A program made the translations under genes and the position numbers. From an uncultured bacterium (GTDB taxonomy: Bacteria; Babelota; Babeliae; Babelales; Vermiphilaceae), in assembly GCA_963713925.1 (NCBI GenBank), contig OY970212.1, forward strand, positions 672,001 to 736,000: a DNA stretch of 64,000 nt, written 5' to 3'. Under the pieces are notes generated by a model that saw nothing but the letters and a program-made list of their open reading frames with translations, searched no databases and had not been told where the DNA came from. Shown in pieces: positions 38,107 through 48,282 of the stretch (the stretch's first letter is position 1; the number at the start of each line of letters is the position of its first letter).

Positions 38107-38679
38107 ATGAAATTCATGAAATATGCCCTATTGGCAACTGTAAGTCTGCTTTCTGCAGGTTCATTTGCAATGGACCCCTATGAAGCAGAGCTCAATTTAA
38201 AATATGCGGCTGTGGAAGTGGCTCAAGCAGTAGTAGAACAAACGGCTCCTGTTGCACAGGCAGTTGGTGAAGCTGCATCAAATCTTGGTGAACAATTATT
38301 GAATAATGTTGAAAGATATCTGGACGTATCGGCGGCATCCAATGCTTGGGAAGCTAGTAAAATTGCTGCAAAAGATGCATGGGCACCGGCAAAAAAATAC
38401 GGCCTAAAAATTGTAAATGATCTCGGTGGAGCTTGCTATGACGCTGGAATTTGGTGTTGGCATAGAACACCAAAGGTGCTCGGACATATGTTAGGCGAAG
38501 TTTCGGAAATTACAGAGGCTTTAAAGAAGACCCCTGTAATCACGACTTGTCTTGCAATAGGTGCTACTTATGGTGCTCTTTATAGTATTTGGAAACTCAT
38601 ACTTCCTACATCAGTTAAAACATCGGTTAAAGAAACAATACACCGTGTTATTACCAGAGAAGAACGCAGCAATAACTAA
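38107..38679 (+). CDS. Hypothetical secreted/membrane protein
   Basis: RBS ggagg, signal peptide. Confidence 0.65.
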   Translation: MKFMKYALLATVSLLSAGSFAMDPYEAELNLKYAAVEVAQAVVEQTAPVAQAVGEAASNLGEQLLNNVERYLDVSAASNAWEASKIAAKDAWAPAKKYGLKIVNDLGGACYDAGIWCWHRTPKVLGHMLGEVSEITEALKKTPVITTCLAIGATYGALYSIWKLILPTSVKTSVKETIHRVITREERSNN

Positions 38680-38733
38680 GATATCAAGTGGGCTGGGCGT
38701 ATGTTCAGTCCACTTTAATAAAGAGGTTATGTT

Positions 38734-39375
38734 ATGAAAATGAAAAATATATTTTTTACTATACTTGCGGCATTTCTATCTACCGGCATGTCTTATGGCA
38801 TGAAGGTTGGAAAGTATGAGTCGATTAAAATAAAAACTGATAATTTACAAACGGATTTTTTGCATGAAGGCATGACTTTATCATCTGTTTTAACGGCGAC
38901 AACTAAATATGGTGCGCTCATCGCGTTCGGCGCCAAGCTTATGCATATGGGTTTGTCTCATTATCCCAAAAAATGGTTTGATGTAAAAGCCGGTAGTCGG
39001 GACAAAGAGGGAACAGCCCGTTGGTTTGCATATAATAAAACAACATATAATCATGAGTTTTTAAAAACCACGGATAATAAAAGGAAATTGGAACGGGCGA
39101 TATTGGCAATAACGCCTTATGCGCCAGATGCTAAGCAGATTAATGAGGCGTTTCAATTTGGCGATGCGCAAAAACAATTTCGCATGAAACAGCAATATAC
39201 TCAAACTCGAACTATGACGGATTTTATTTATCGTTTGTTTCCCGGGTTTCTTCCGCAAGGAGTTAAACAGAAAACGGTAGGGGAACTATTGTATTCACTT
39301 ATTTATGTAAATGGAAAAGAAGCAAATGAGTTGCTTGTCCAATTATTAGAAATAAAACAAGATATGGTCGCATAA
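38734..39375 (+). CDS. Hypothetical secreted protein
   Basis: RBS gagg, signal peptide. Confidence 0.65.
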   Translation: MKMKNIFFTILAAFLSTGMSYGMKVGKYESIKIKTDNLQTDFLHEGMTLSSVLTATTKYGALIAFGAKLMHMGLSHYPKKWFDVKAGSRDKEGTARWFAYNKTTYNHEFLKTTDNKRKLERAILAITPYAPDAKQINEAFQFGDAQKQFRMKQQYTQTRTMTDFIYRLFPGFLPQGVKQKTVGELLYSLIYVNGKEANELLVQLLEIKQDMVA

Positions 39376-39537
39376 CTCGAGCTATCACAAGAGATTGATT
39401 AAAAGAAAGAGGAGCTTCCTACAATGGAAAACTCCTCTTTTTACTTTTCTTGGGTTACAACAGCAGCCTAAACTAGTGCTTTGAGAAGCCGCGTTAAGCT
39501 TTACCTCAAAATATGCTTTAAAATATTTACCAATTAA

Positions 39538-40758
39538 TCATTTCTGCTCAGTCAATGAAAGAATCGCAAAATCATAATGTGTTTCTTTGGTGTTGCCTGC
39601 TCGGTCAATGCGGGTGATTTGTTTGCGAGGGTCATCAAGCATTTGTTGTAAATCATCAATCGTTTTAACGTTTTTAAAGATCTTTTCAACAGGAATTTCA
39701 TGTACTTTGCCAAAACCTACTCCATAACCGCGGGCTTCAATCGCCAATGATTTTTCTGGATCTGAAATAATAATGACATGTCCCGGAAACCAAATAATAT
39801 CACCGGGCAATACGGTATCTTTTTTTGTCAGATGTTTGAGCGTCAGGTTGGCCGCGAAACTATTTTTACAAAAGTAAGGTATGCCAACAATTTCGGCTGC
39901 GCGTGCGATGAGCCCTGAGCAGTCAAAGCCTTGTTTAGGATTCTGCTTTTGATCCGAGAGTGTGTAATAACTGCATGATCCGTTTGGCGCGGTTACTTCT
40001 GAGATATATCCAGCATGTGAACGGCCGGTAAAGCTGGTTCCTCCCCAGACATAGGGAATGTAGCCATCATTATTTTCTGTCCACGTTCGAAGCAACTTAA
40101 TAAAGGCTTCTCTTTTTCCGGCCGCAGGTTTTTTGACGTCAAGCAACACAAGGTTGTTTGGAATATATGAATTGATGACTCTCTTTTTACGATCGTATAA
40201 TTTCACCATGATCGTATCCGGTTTTTTATGTGAATCGTTTTCGTTTCTTATCTTTCGATCGATTACAAATCTCGTTCCGGCTGAATAGGTTCGTTTGCTT
40301 ACGTGATCATGCCAAGGCGCAATAAGAATGACGGTATCTACCTGTTTGTACCGATCGGGGCTAAAAGAAGGGCGAGGGAATGCATTCAGATCGATGTTTT
40401 CTTTCTTGAGTTGTTCAACTGTTTTGACCGCTTTTTTTTCAATCCAATAGCGGCACTCTTTTTTCTTATTTACTAAATAATACACAGTTGGTAACTCAAC
40501 ATGGTATTCCTCATTATTTTCACCAATAATAGTAACTTGTTCATTAAAAATGGCCTGATGAATGCGGGGACAACAGCTTGCGGTTGTTGGTTTTGCACCG
40601 CAGAGCGAGATATCTTTGTATGAAGCGATCGTCGATTGACCGGTAAGAGGATTTCCCGCTAAATCGGCGATCGGATCAACCACATATCCAATGTGTGTCG
40701 CTAACATGCAGTACTGTATAAGAAGCGATACGCATGCTATCGTTTTCAATTCTTTCAT
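39538..40758 (-). CDS. NlpC/P60 (C40) peptidoglycan endopeptidase
   Basis: PYVWGG, GFDCSGL, PGDII..GHV. Confidence 0.88.
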   Translation of the reverse strand: MKELKTIACVSLLIQYCMLATHIGYVVDPIADLAGNPLTGQSTIASYKDISLCGAKPTTASCCPRIHQAIFNEQVTIIGENNEEYHVELPTVYYLVNKKKECRYWIEKKAVKTVEQLKKENIDLNAFPRPSFSPDRYKQVDTVILIAPWHDHVSKRTYSAGTRFVIDRKIRNENDSHKKPDTIMVKLYDRKKRVINSYIPNNLVLLDVKKPAAGKREAFIKLLRTWTENNDGYIPYVWGGTSFTGRSHAGYISEVTAPNGSCSYYTLSDQKQNPKQGFDCSGLIARAAEIVGIPYFCKNSFAANLTLKHLTKKDTVLPGDIIWFPGHVIIISDPEKSLAIEARGYGVGFGKVHEIPVEKIFKNVKTIDDLQQMLDDPRKQITRIDRAGNTKETHYDFAILSLTEQK

Positions 40759-40925
40759 GATTTATCCCCAAAAAATGTTGGTCCCTATTTCTCAATATGC
40801 ATATTTTGCATTCATCGAGTAAATGAAAGGGGCTTTTTAGAGTTAAAATTGTTTTGTCGAGTGATGTTGCTCTATACTCAAAGAGATAAAAGTGTGGGTA
40901 GTGTTTTTTTTGCGTGGGGTATATC

Positions 40926-41927
40926 ATGCGGTTTTTTTTTATGACGCTGTGCGTTTTCTTACAGATGAGCGCATGTGAGCCATGGACATGGACGTATCGA
41001 TATGCACGTGAGAAAACAGCAAAATCGCGGCATGGAACAATTGTTTTTAGCAGAGAACGCACGCCTTCCTTTAATCAACTCATCTATTCTTGGAATTGCA
41101 AAATGCCATTACAAGGCCATTTTTCTTTTTTTGTGCAAGTTCGTCATGAAAAGGAGGGGAAGTGGTCTGATTGGATTCATATGGCAGATTGGGGCGTCGG
41201 TGTTAAAAAAACATATCTGCAGAAAGAAAATGGACTTGATTTTCATCATGTTCGTCTTGAATTAGGCGATGCAAGAGCAAACGGATTTAAAATGAAAGTC
41301 ATTAAGTCAGATGGTCGCAATTGTGATGTTGATTGTGAGGGGTTGGGTGTCTGTATTTCAGACTTGCAAAAAATGGTCCCTGATGAGCCAGAAAACATGA
41401 ACTTGAAATCTTGTTATATTGCAGGAATACCTTTTTTATCTCAGTTCCATATAGATCATCATAAAAATGAAGCCTTATGCTCCCCCACTTCATGTACCAT
41501 GCTGCTTCGCTATTATCTTGGCAAACCATATGATCCTGCAAATGTTGCAGACTCCGTATATGATGAAGGACTTGGAATTTATGGAAGTTGGCCGTGTAAC
41601 ATGGCCGCCGTCTATGCATTATCGCACGGAAAGTTGAGTGCCTGCGTGACTCGTCTCGATCATTTTAAAACATTGTATCATTACCTTGCGCGCGGAATAC
41701 CGGTGTGTGTGAGTGTGCGTGGACCGCTTGCCGGCTCGGCAACTCCCTATGCTTCAGGACATATTTTGATTGTTAAAGGGTTTGATGCCATATCTCAGGA
41801 GGTCATTTGTAATGATCCCGCGTTTGAGTTTCAAGATGAGCGCGGAACCCGTTATCCATTAGTTGATTTTTTAAGGGCATGGGAGCGATCAAAACGACTT
41901 GCTTACATTATTTCACCCCATGTTTAG
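40926..41927 (+). CDS. Peptidase C39-like protein
   Basis: SQ...CSPTS..M, GHILIVKGF, NDPA. Confidence 0.82.
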   Translation: MRFFFMTLCVFLQMSACEPWTWTYRYAREKTAKSRHGTIVFSRERTPSFNQLIYSWNCKMPLQGHFSFFVQVRHEKEGKWSDWIHMADWGVGVKKTYLQKENGLDFHHVRLELGDARANGFKMKVIKSDGRNCDVDCEGLGVCISDLQKMVPDEPENMNLKSCYIAGIPFLSQFHIDHHKNEALCSPTSCTMLLRYYLGKPYDPANVADSVYDEGLGIYGSWPCNMAAVYALSHGKLSACVTRLDHFKTLYHYLARGIPVCVSVRGPLAGSATPYASGHILIVKGFDAISQEVICNDPAFEFQDERGTRYPLVDFLRAWERSKRLAYIISPHV

Positions 41928-42037
41928 ACTTGGGGGCCCCAAGCGAAACAACTGTGCAGCTTGGGTGAAAAGTTAGGGTAAGAATAAAAAACACCACGCT
42001 CATGCGCGGGGACCCCAATAGAAGAGCTCAGTTGGGC
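41914..42037. repeat. Cluster of back-to-back family B palindromes
   Basis: Two GGGG(C/A)CCC(C) centres, each with a hairpin on either side; overlaps the stop of the C39-like gene. Confidence 0.65.
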
Positions 42038-42118
42038 TGAAATTTTTCATCAATATTGACAAACAGATAATAAAGTCAATACGATAGAAAGTGTTACATC
42101 TCATGAGGGGAGAATGGT

Positions 42119-43348
42119 ATGAACACTTTTGTATTGAATTATAAAATATCGTGGATTGCGTTTATTTGTTATTCAGCTTGTCTTTTTTCTTTGTCGGCAT
42201 CTTTACACGCCCAAACCCAGGTCGAAAAGATTTTTTATCATGTCATGAAACCAAACAATATGGGCAATAAACTACTCGGGACATCCAATAAAAAAAAAGA
42301 TGCTCATGATAAAACGCTTGAGCTTGCAAAGCTTGTCCTTTATTTTTCTGATTCTTTTCTCATCAGTCAACTTCCGGACGGTATCGTGCCGCAATCAAAA
42401 GGTCGCAAAACGCTTGCATTTATTTTGCCCGGAGTTGGCGTTGCCGCAGGAGATGTTCAAAAGGAATTGAATAAATATGCTGCATTGGATGAACGCCATT
42501 TTCGCTTTTCAGTGGCACCGATAAATGTTCCTACAAAAGGATTAAGTATCAAAATTGCTTATGAGCCTGAATGGATTGAAGTGGCGGTGCATGAATTTAA
42601 AACAATTGGCAATCAACAAGCTTTGGTGATCACCTGTTATGATAAAAAATGCATTGAGAATCTCAAAAGTAGTCGCCCAACCGTTCTGCAAATGGCATCA
42701 CTGCAACGGCCAACTATTGTTGTCGATTGTGGGCACGGAGGGGATGACACCGGTGCATGCGGTTTTTTTAATATCAAAGAGAAAGAGCTCGTAAAAAAAA
42801 TAGGGGACCAACTGGAGCATGAACTCAAGAAGCGGGGTTGGTTTGTTGTGATGACGCGCAAGGGCGATGAATTTGTTCCACTGGACAAACGAACATTCAA
42901 AATTAATTCTGAAAAATCGGCAACAGTTGCGCTTTCTTTGCATGCAAATTCAGGAAAGTCTGATCAAGCGCAGGGCATCGAAACCTTTTATTATGACCCG
43001 GTTTTGTTGACTGAAAACATAAAGAATAGCATAGATATTTCTTTTAGCACCGACATGTCTGATAACACGTGTAAATTAAGTAAAGATTTAGCTCATTGCA
43101 TGCAAACGGCCCTCCTTTCCTCAGTATCGCACATGAACCCTGATGTTATTGACCGCACAGTCAAGCAAGGAACGGCACAAGTGCTCATGGGAAGCTCAAT
43201 ACCGGCGGTATTGGTCGAAATGGGTTTTGTGTCACATCGCAAAGAAGCGCGCTTGCTTGCAAATCAGGAATACCAAAAATTGATTGTTGCAGGCTTGGTC
43301 GCCGGTCTTGAAAAGTTCGTGGAAGATGTAAAAAAACGCGTATCTTAA
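42119..43348 (+). CDS. N-acetylmuramoyl-L-alanine amidase (Amidase_3)
   Basis: VDCGHGG.D.GA, EK, SLHANS, PAVLVEMGF. Confidence 0.93.
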   Translation: MNTFVLNYKISWIAFICYSACLFSLSASLHAQTQVEKIFYHVMKPNNMGNKLLGTSNKKKDAHDKTLELAKLVLYFSDSFLISQLPDGIVPQSKGRKTLAFILPGVGVAAGDVQKELNKYAALDERHFRFSVAPINVPTKGLSIKIAYEPEWIEVAVHEFKTIGNQQALVITCYDKKCIENLKSSRPTVLQMASLQRPTIVVDCGHGGDDTGACGFFNIKEKELVKKIGDQLEHELKKRGWFVVMTRKGDEFVPLDKRTFKINSEKSATVALSLHANSGKSDQAQGIETFYYDPVLLTENIKNSIDISFSTDMSDNTCKLSKDLAHCMQTALLSSVSHMNPDVIDRTVKQGTAQVLMGSSIPAVLVEMGFVSHRKEARLLANQEYQKLIVAGLVAGLEKFVEDVKKRVS

Positions 43349-43534
43349 AAACTTTTTTCATCTGTCTTTTTAAAATAACCTGCATATGGTACATTAACTA
43401 CACTCAAATGGAGAACATTTGGGAAGTACTACCAAGTTAGTTATAAATGAACAAAAAAATTATTCAGGTCTCATGCGTGGCATGGGTGTATATTATGGGC
43501 CCCAATCGTAATGGCAATGAAGATTGGGTATGTT

Positions 43535-44947
43535 ATGATGATTTCCTTAGATACGTTGTGGCAGGAATTTTTATCGATAATAAAGGAAGAGGCGGGTACT
43601 CGCGTCGTTGATACGTGGTTTAAGGCTGTTTCCTTGATCCGATGGGATCCTACGGGCAGCGCCGCGTATCTTGAAGTTCCGAACATTTTTATTCGTGATT
43701 GGATACAATCGCACTATATGCCCTTAATCGGCACTCATTTGGCGCGCCTGTTGCATGTTCAAGAAATTCATGCACTTCTTGTTGTTCGTGGGGCACAAGC
43801 AGCGCAAGAATCAAAAGAGATTGTGCATGAAATAGTTGTAAAACAAGAAGAAGTCGCCATCGTTTCCGAGCCGAAACATCAAACGCAGGTTGCAAAGGCG
43901 CCTACTCATCGAATTCAACCTGGCATTCGTGCGACACATACTTTTCAGACATTTGTCGTCGGACCGAACAATTCTCTTGCATACGCCGCTGCTCAAGCGG
44001 TGACCCAAAAACCGGGAGTTTTATACAATCCACTGTTCATTTATGGAGGCTCCGGACTTGGCAAAACGCATTTATTACATGCGATCGGAAATGGCATTAA
44101 ACAAGCAGATGAAAAAGCATCCATTTTATATCAGACAGCAGATCGATTCGTAAATGAGTTCATCAATGCGATTCGCTTTGATCGTGTGCATGTTTTTAAG
44201 GAAAAGTATCGCGCAGTTGATGTGCTCTTGATTGATGATATCCAGTTCATTTCCAATAAAGAGCAAACACAAGAGGCCTTCTTTCATATATTTAATACGC
44301 TGTATGATTTACATAAGCAAATTGTATTTACCAGTGATGTAATTCCTCAAAATATCGTTGGTTTGGCTGAACGATTACGATCTCGTCTATCCTGGGGGCT
44401 CGTATCTGATATTCAGGCACCTTCACTCGAGACTAAAATTGCTATTGTGCGCAAAAAAGCGGAACAATCACATGAGTCATTTCCGGACGAAGTCGCATCT
44501 TTTATCGCGTCGATGGATGTATCGAATATTCGAGAGCTTGAAGGATTGTTGATTCGTGTGCTCGCGTTTGCCTCATTGACTGGGCAGCCGATTACTCTTG
44601 GTTTGGCACAAAATGTGTTAGGAATTCAGAATCCAACACCAAAGTCACAGTCGATTGATTTTGAAGCAATTATTCGTTGTCTCTGTCGACATTTTGCATA
44701 CACACTGGATGATTTGCGCTCAAAAAATAGAAGCAAAGAGCTATCATTCGTTCGGCATGTCGCTATGTTTCTCATGAAAAAATTCACGGAGCGCTCCTTG
44801 CGTGATATAGGCGTATTCTTAGGAGGCCGTGATCATTCAACGGTTATGCATGCACTTGAAAAAATTGAAGAATCGATCAAAACAGATAGCATAATCCGTG
44901 AACAGATAGAAAAAATAGAAGCTTCTATTCTGAAAGCCAGTCGCTAA
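43535..44947 (+). CDS. dnaA: Chromosomal replication initiator DnaA
   Basis: YNPLFIYGGSGLGKTHL, LIDDIQF, RLRSR, GGRDHSTVMH; likely start 43535. Confidence 0.98.
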   Translation: MMISLDTLWQEFLSIIKEEAGTRVVDTWFKAVSLIRWDPTGSAAYLEVPNIFIRDWIQSHYMPLIGTHLARLLHVQEIHALLVVRGAQAAQESKEIVHEIVVKQEEVAIVSEPKHQTQVAKAPTHRIQPGIRATHTFQTFVVGPNNSLAYAAAQAVTQKPGVLYNPLFIYGGSGLGKTHLLHAIGNGIKQADEKASILYQTADRFVNEFINAIRFDRVHVFKEKYRAVDVLLIDDIQFISNKEQTQEAFFHIFNTLYDLHKQIVFTSDVIPQNIVGLAERLRSRLSWGLVSDIQAPSLETKIAIVRKKAEQSHESFPDEVASFIASMDVSNIRELEGLLIRVLAFASLTGQPITLGLAQNVLGIQNPTPKSQSIDFEAIIRCLCRHFAYTLDDLRSKNRSKELSFVRHVAMFLMKKFTERSLRDIGVFLGGRDHSTVMHALEKIEESIKTDSIIREQIEKIEASILKASR

Positions 44948-46014
44948 GCGCGCAGATCTTCCATTCCCAGTGCGCGAACAGGATTCATTCTTTGTCGTGC
45001 GAGCCGTTCTCTTTTGGTCAGAAAAAGTACGTCTTTAATGCATTTACTCGTCAGATGAAAATACCAATGTAAATATGATTTGAAAGGACCTTTTGAGTAG
45101 AGTCCGGTTGCTGTTGGAAAGTGTTCGGTATCAACGATGACAAGACTATGAGTGCGTTTATCAATCATAAAATTTTTGATATGAGGGTCGATCATAAGAT
45201 TCATTTTATTACACAGGGTCAGCGAACGGGATCGATCTTGCGGTGAAGAAAGACTGAATGGTCGTTCGGGTTCAATGCAATCGGCAACAATGACATAGGT
45301 GCCCGGGATTGTGCTTTCAAGGGATCGATCAGCAAAGTTATCGCCGCGTATGGTTATCATGCGACTATTGGTTGGGATCCAAAACCACTTGTTGGGAATT
45401 TCCACTTGATTTGCCAGCTGAGGATTTTTTGCGAGCTCACGTAAAACAATTTCTCTATTTTTTATACGAGTAAAACCTGTCAAATGGCGGCTGACTCCTG
45501 AACCCATATAAAAAAAGAAAATTGGCTCAATTCCTTTGTTAAACGGGTTTACAATTCCTTCAGGAGTTTCGATAAAGAGCTTCAAGACATACGGATAGTC
45601 TCTAAATTTTAATACAAGAAGCCCCCAATTTTTATCAAAATTATAATCTTTTGATTGTAAAATTTTAAAATGAGTAAGGCGTTGTTTTTTTTCGTTTAAC
45701 TCAACAAGCAATTCATTAATAAGCTGTTTCAGGCGCGAGCCCAAGACTGTTTTTCCCGGTTCATAATGAAAAGATAATGCACTGTCAGGCAGTTCATAAC
45801 GACGTAGGTGGCTCGGATCATATAAATGAAAAAAAGGATAGATCCCTAAGTGGGAATGTGTGATCTTATATGGCTTGGTATCATCACTCCAGTGGGTAGT
45901 GATGGTAGGGGTGGGATTGCGGCGAGCACGAAGTGGTGATCGCGCCTGCAGTGGGAAATTGGTGCTTATCAGCATGAGCACAAGCACATACCGAAGTAAT
46001 AGATTTGTCTTCAT
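44944..46014 (-). CDS. Secreted hypothetical protein with kinase-like motifs
   Basis: Signal peptide; YVLKLF, DPHIKNF, IVDTE. Confidence 0.55.
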   Translation of the reverse strand: MKTNLLLRYVLVLMLISTNFPLQARSPLRARRNPTPTITTHWSDDTKPYKITHSHLGIYPFFHLYDPSHLRRYELPDSALSFHYEPGKTVLGSRLKQLINELLVELNEKKQRLTHFKILQSKDYNFDKNWGLLVLKFRDYPYVLKLFIETPEGIVNPFNKGIEPIFFFYMGSGVSRHLTGFTRIKNREIVLRELAKNPQLANQVEIPNKWFWIPTNSRMITIRGDNFADRSLESTIPGTYVIVADCIEPERPFSLSSPQDRSRSLTLCNKMNLMIDPHIKNFMIDKRTHSLVIVDTEHFPTATGLYSKGPFKSYLHWYFHLTSKCIKDVLFLTKRERLARQRMNPVRALGMEDLRA

Positions 46015-46298
46015 TCACTTACATCTCTCAATGAACATTAAACCCATGCTTATACCCCCACGCGAGCTTGTAGGAACGATTCGGGATCCCGCTTGCGCAA
46101 GCATAGAACATAATCTTTTTCAACAGCTTGGCAAGTTAGAAGGGCTGTGTCAATACGTTTGAGTGTATCAACAGTGTCATCGACAGGTGAAATTTTGTTT
46201 TTTCCGCGACCTGTTGCCCTTCATCTTTAACTGGGGTATGGTCATAATAAAAGGATGAGTAAAAATAGTGAAGCCCCCCCAAAAAGAAGGAAGTTACT

Positions 46299-46832
46299 AT
46301 GGAACCTGATGGAATACTCAAACGTCGCTGTGAACTACTCCAACTTGTAACTGCGTTACCCAAAAAAATGATTTCACTCGATCATAATTTCAATCATAGT
46401 CAATTTGTGCTGCATGAACTTTCTAAAAATAATTGTTTCAATCTTCCGCGCGTTGCCTACTTTGTTGATAATCCCGATTTTAACTGTTTCAAAGGTATAT
46501 CGGGAGTGAATCATCAAGAACTGGGAACGAGCTGTGTTATTGATTGGACAAAGCCTGAAGTATTTGATGCGCAAATAGGAAAGTCTGCATTTCATCAAAA
46601 AGTGCGTGCTATAAACATGGAAAGTCCGATGCATAATAAACGTGCAGATAAAGATGTTGTTGATCAACTGGCCGATTCTCTTGCACTAAAAGAGGTGACC
46701 TACTGCTCATGGCCGCTGAAGCATGACAATCGTGGGCTTTTGGTGTATGAAAAATCAAACAAAAATGATCCGTTTGTCGATGAGCACCTGGCCGACGCAC
46801 TCTACTTGTTGAGTTTTTGCCCGATTCATTGA
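46299..46832 (+). CDS. Hypothetical protein, possibly GAF-like
   Basis: 177 aa; weak WPL....GLLVY pattern. Confidence 0.55.
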   Translation: MEPDGILKRRCELLQLVTALPKKMISLDHNFNHSQFVLHELSKNNCFNLPRVAYFVDNPDFNCFKGISGVNHQELGTSCVIDWTKPEVFDAQIGKSAFHQKVRAINMESPMHNKRADKDVVDQLADSLALKEVTYCSWPLKHDNRGLLVYEKSNKNDPFVDEHLADALYLLSFCPIH

Positions 46833-47071
46833 TTATGTTCTGCTAGCCTCTTCAAAACGGGAGCGTATTGTTCAAGAAACTCTTTTTTAAATTTTTCGAA
46901 TAGCTCGTGTCGCTTTTTCGCCCCCAGGTCTCGATCACGCGGAGTGATAATGATACTGTTATTAGCTCCGATCATATCGATTCCTGTTTGTTCATCGATG
47001 CCAATTGAGTCTAAAAAGTATTTGTCAATTTCGAGTATCAAATTGCCGTTTTTTTTGAATTTTATGTTCAA
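46826..47071 (-). CDS. AbrB/MazE-type DNA-binding protein (orphan antitoxin-like)
   Basis: K.GN.L.IDK..L..IGI, IIITP, LKRLAE. Confidence 0.7.
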   Translation of the reverse strand: MNIKFKKNGNLILEIDKYFLDSIGIDEQTGIDMIGANNSIIITPRDRDLGAKKRHELFEKFKKEFLEQYAPVLKRLAEHNQ

Positions 47072-47273
47072 TGCTATCCATTTTGATTGAGAGTCTGTTC
47101 ATTATACTTAATGTACCATATCTTGCTTTATCTTGCTTTGAAATAATAAAAATGGAGCAAAATCAACAAAATCCCCTGAGCAGCACTGTTTTTTGATTCA
47201 TAATCTTGATTTTTCAGAGTCAAATCAGATATGCTTAACATGAATATAGATGCTAATTTTTTGGGGGGGTTAT

Positions 47274-48158
47274 ATGAAGAAATTGTCATTTATCACGCTA
47301 TTCTTGATGCCATTTGTGGCATTGCAAGCAAGTCAATCATCACTGTATAGATACCGGGCACCTGCCGGCCAGGGGATGCAATTTTCTTATACGCCCAATC
47401 AAACTCAAACGATGGGCAGATCTGGCCCGCGAGAGTTGCTGGCTCGGTACAAAAATTTTATGAATAAAGTTAATTCGCCGTGGACTTCATACGTAGATGT
47501 TGATCGGGAGAGAGAATGGAGTAATGCCGAAAAAAAAGCTTTGGCGTTGCGCCTTCGAAAGCATAGAGAAGAAGAACGTGAGGGTAAAAATTTAGCCAAC
47601 AAGATGAAAGATAAAGAATTTTTTACAGGACTAGAGCAGCATGCTCTTTCTGAATCTGATCCTGACAAGAGAGCGAGCGATAAGCGTATTGCGTATTATG
47701 CAGCACTAGAAATATTAAAGCAAGACGAAGATCAAGGTAGATACACTCGTTTTCAAGGAGGACTCAAAGACCATGGTATTTGGGAAGACGATTTTGTGGA
47801 GTTTATGCCCAACTGGGGCGGTGTTACTTGGACTATGCGTGATGACGATGATAAACGAAAAGAATTTAATAGATATCGTTGGGCAAAAAATTATATTGCC
47901 AAAAATTTCCCTGAACAGTTTGCCAAACTGAGGGGGGACACTTCTTTAGTCATTTCGGACTTACAATATTTTCGTGAGAATCATTCTCCCAAAGGTAAAT
48001 GGTTTTATCTAGAGGATACTTTAAAGACATCTGATCCTGAAATAACCCTGACTCGAGAGGATATTAATATATTCAGAAAAAATAATAAAATGGACCATCC
48101 ACATTATCAAACACTCGGGTCGAAGATACGGAATTATTTCTGGCCGCCGAATAATTAG
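47274..48158 (+). CDS. Hypothetical secreted protein
   Basis: Signal peptide MKKLSF...; charged body. Confidence 0.65.
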   Translation: MKKLSFITLFLMPFVALQASQSSLYRYRAPAGQGMQFSYTPNQTQTMGRSGPRELLARYKNFMNKVNSPWTSYVDVDREREWSNAEKKALALRLRKHREEEREGKNLANKMKDKEFFTGLEQHALSESDPDKRASDKRIAYYAALEILKQDEDQGRYTRFQGGLKDHGIWEDDFVEFMPNWGGVTWTMRDDDDKRKEFNRYRWAKNYIAKNFPEQFAKLRGDTSLVISDLQYFRENHSPKGKWFYLEDTLKTSDPEITLTREDINIFRKNNKMDHPHYQTLGSKIRNYFWPPNN

Positions 48159-48282
48159 GTCAAAATGTTGTTTTCAATCTTTTACCGGTGGGTATGAGAC
48201 GATTCAAAAGTGCAACGAGCTTTGAATTAGCAAAAAATAGTATTTGAAAGAGAGAGTAGAAATTTTCTGCTCTCTCTTTACT

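Noticed and set aside
43349..43534. oriC next to dnaA
   Set aside because: No TTATCCACA-type boxes or clear unwinding repeats seen, and dnaN is not adjacent.
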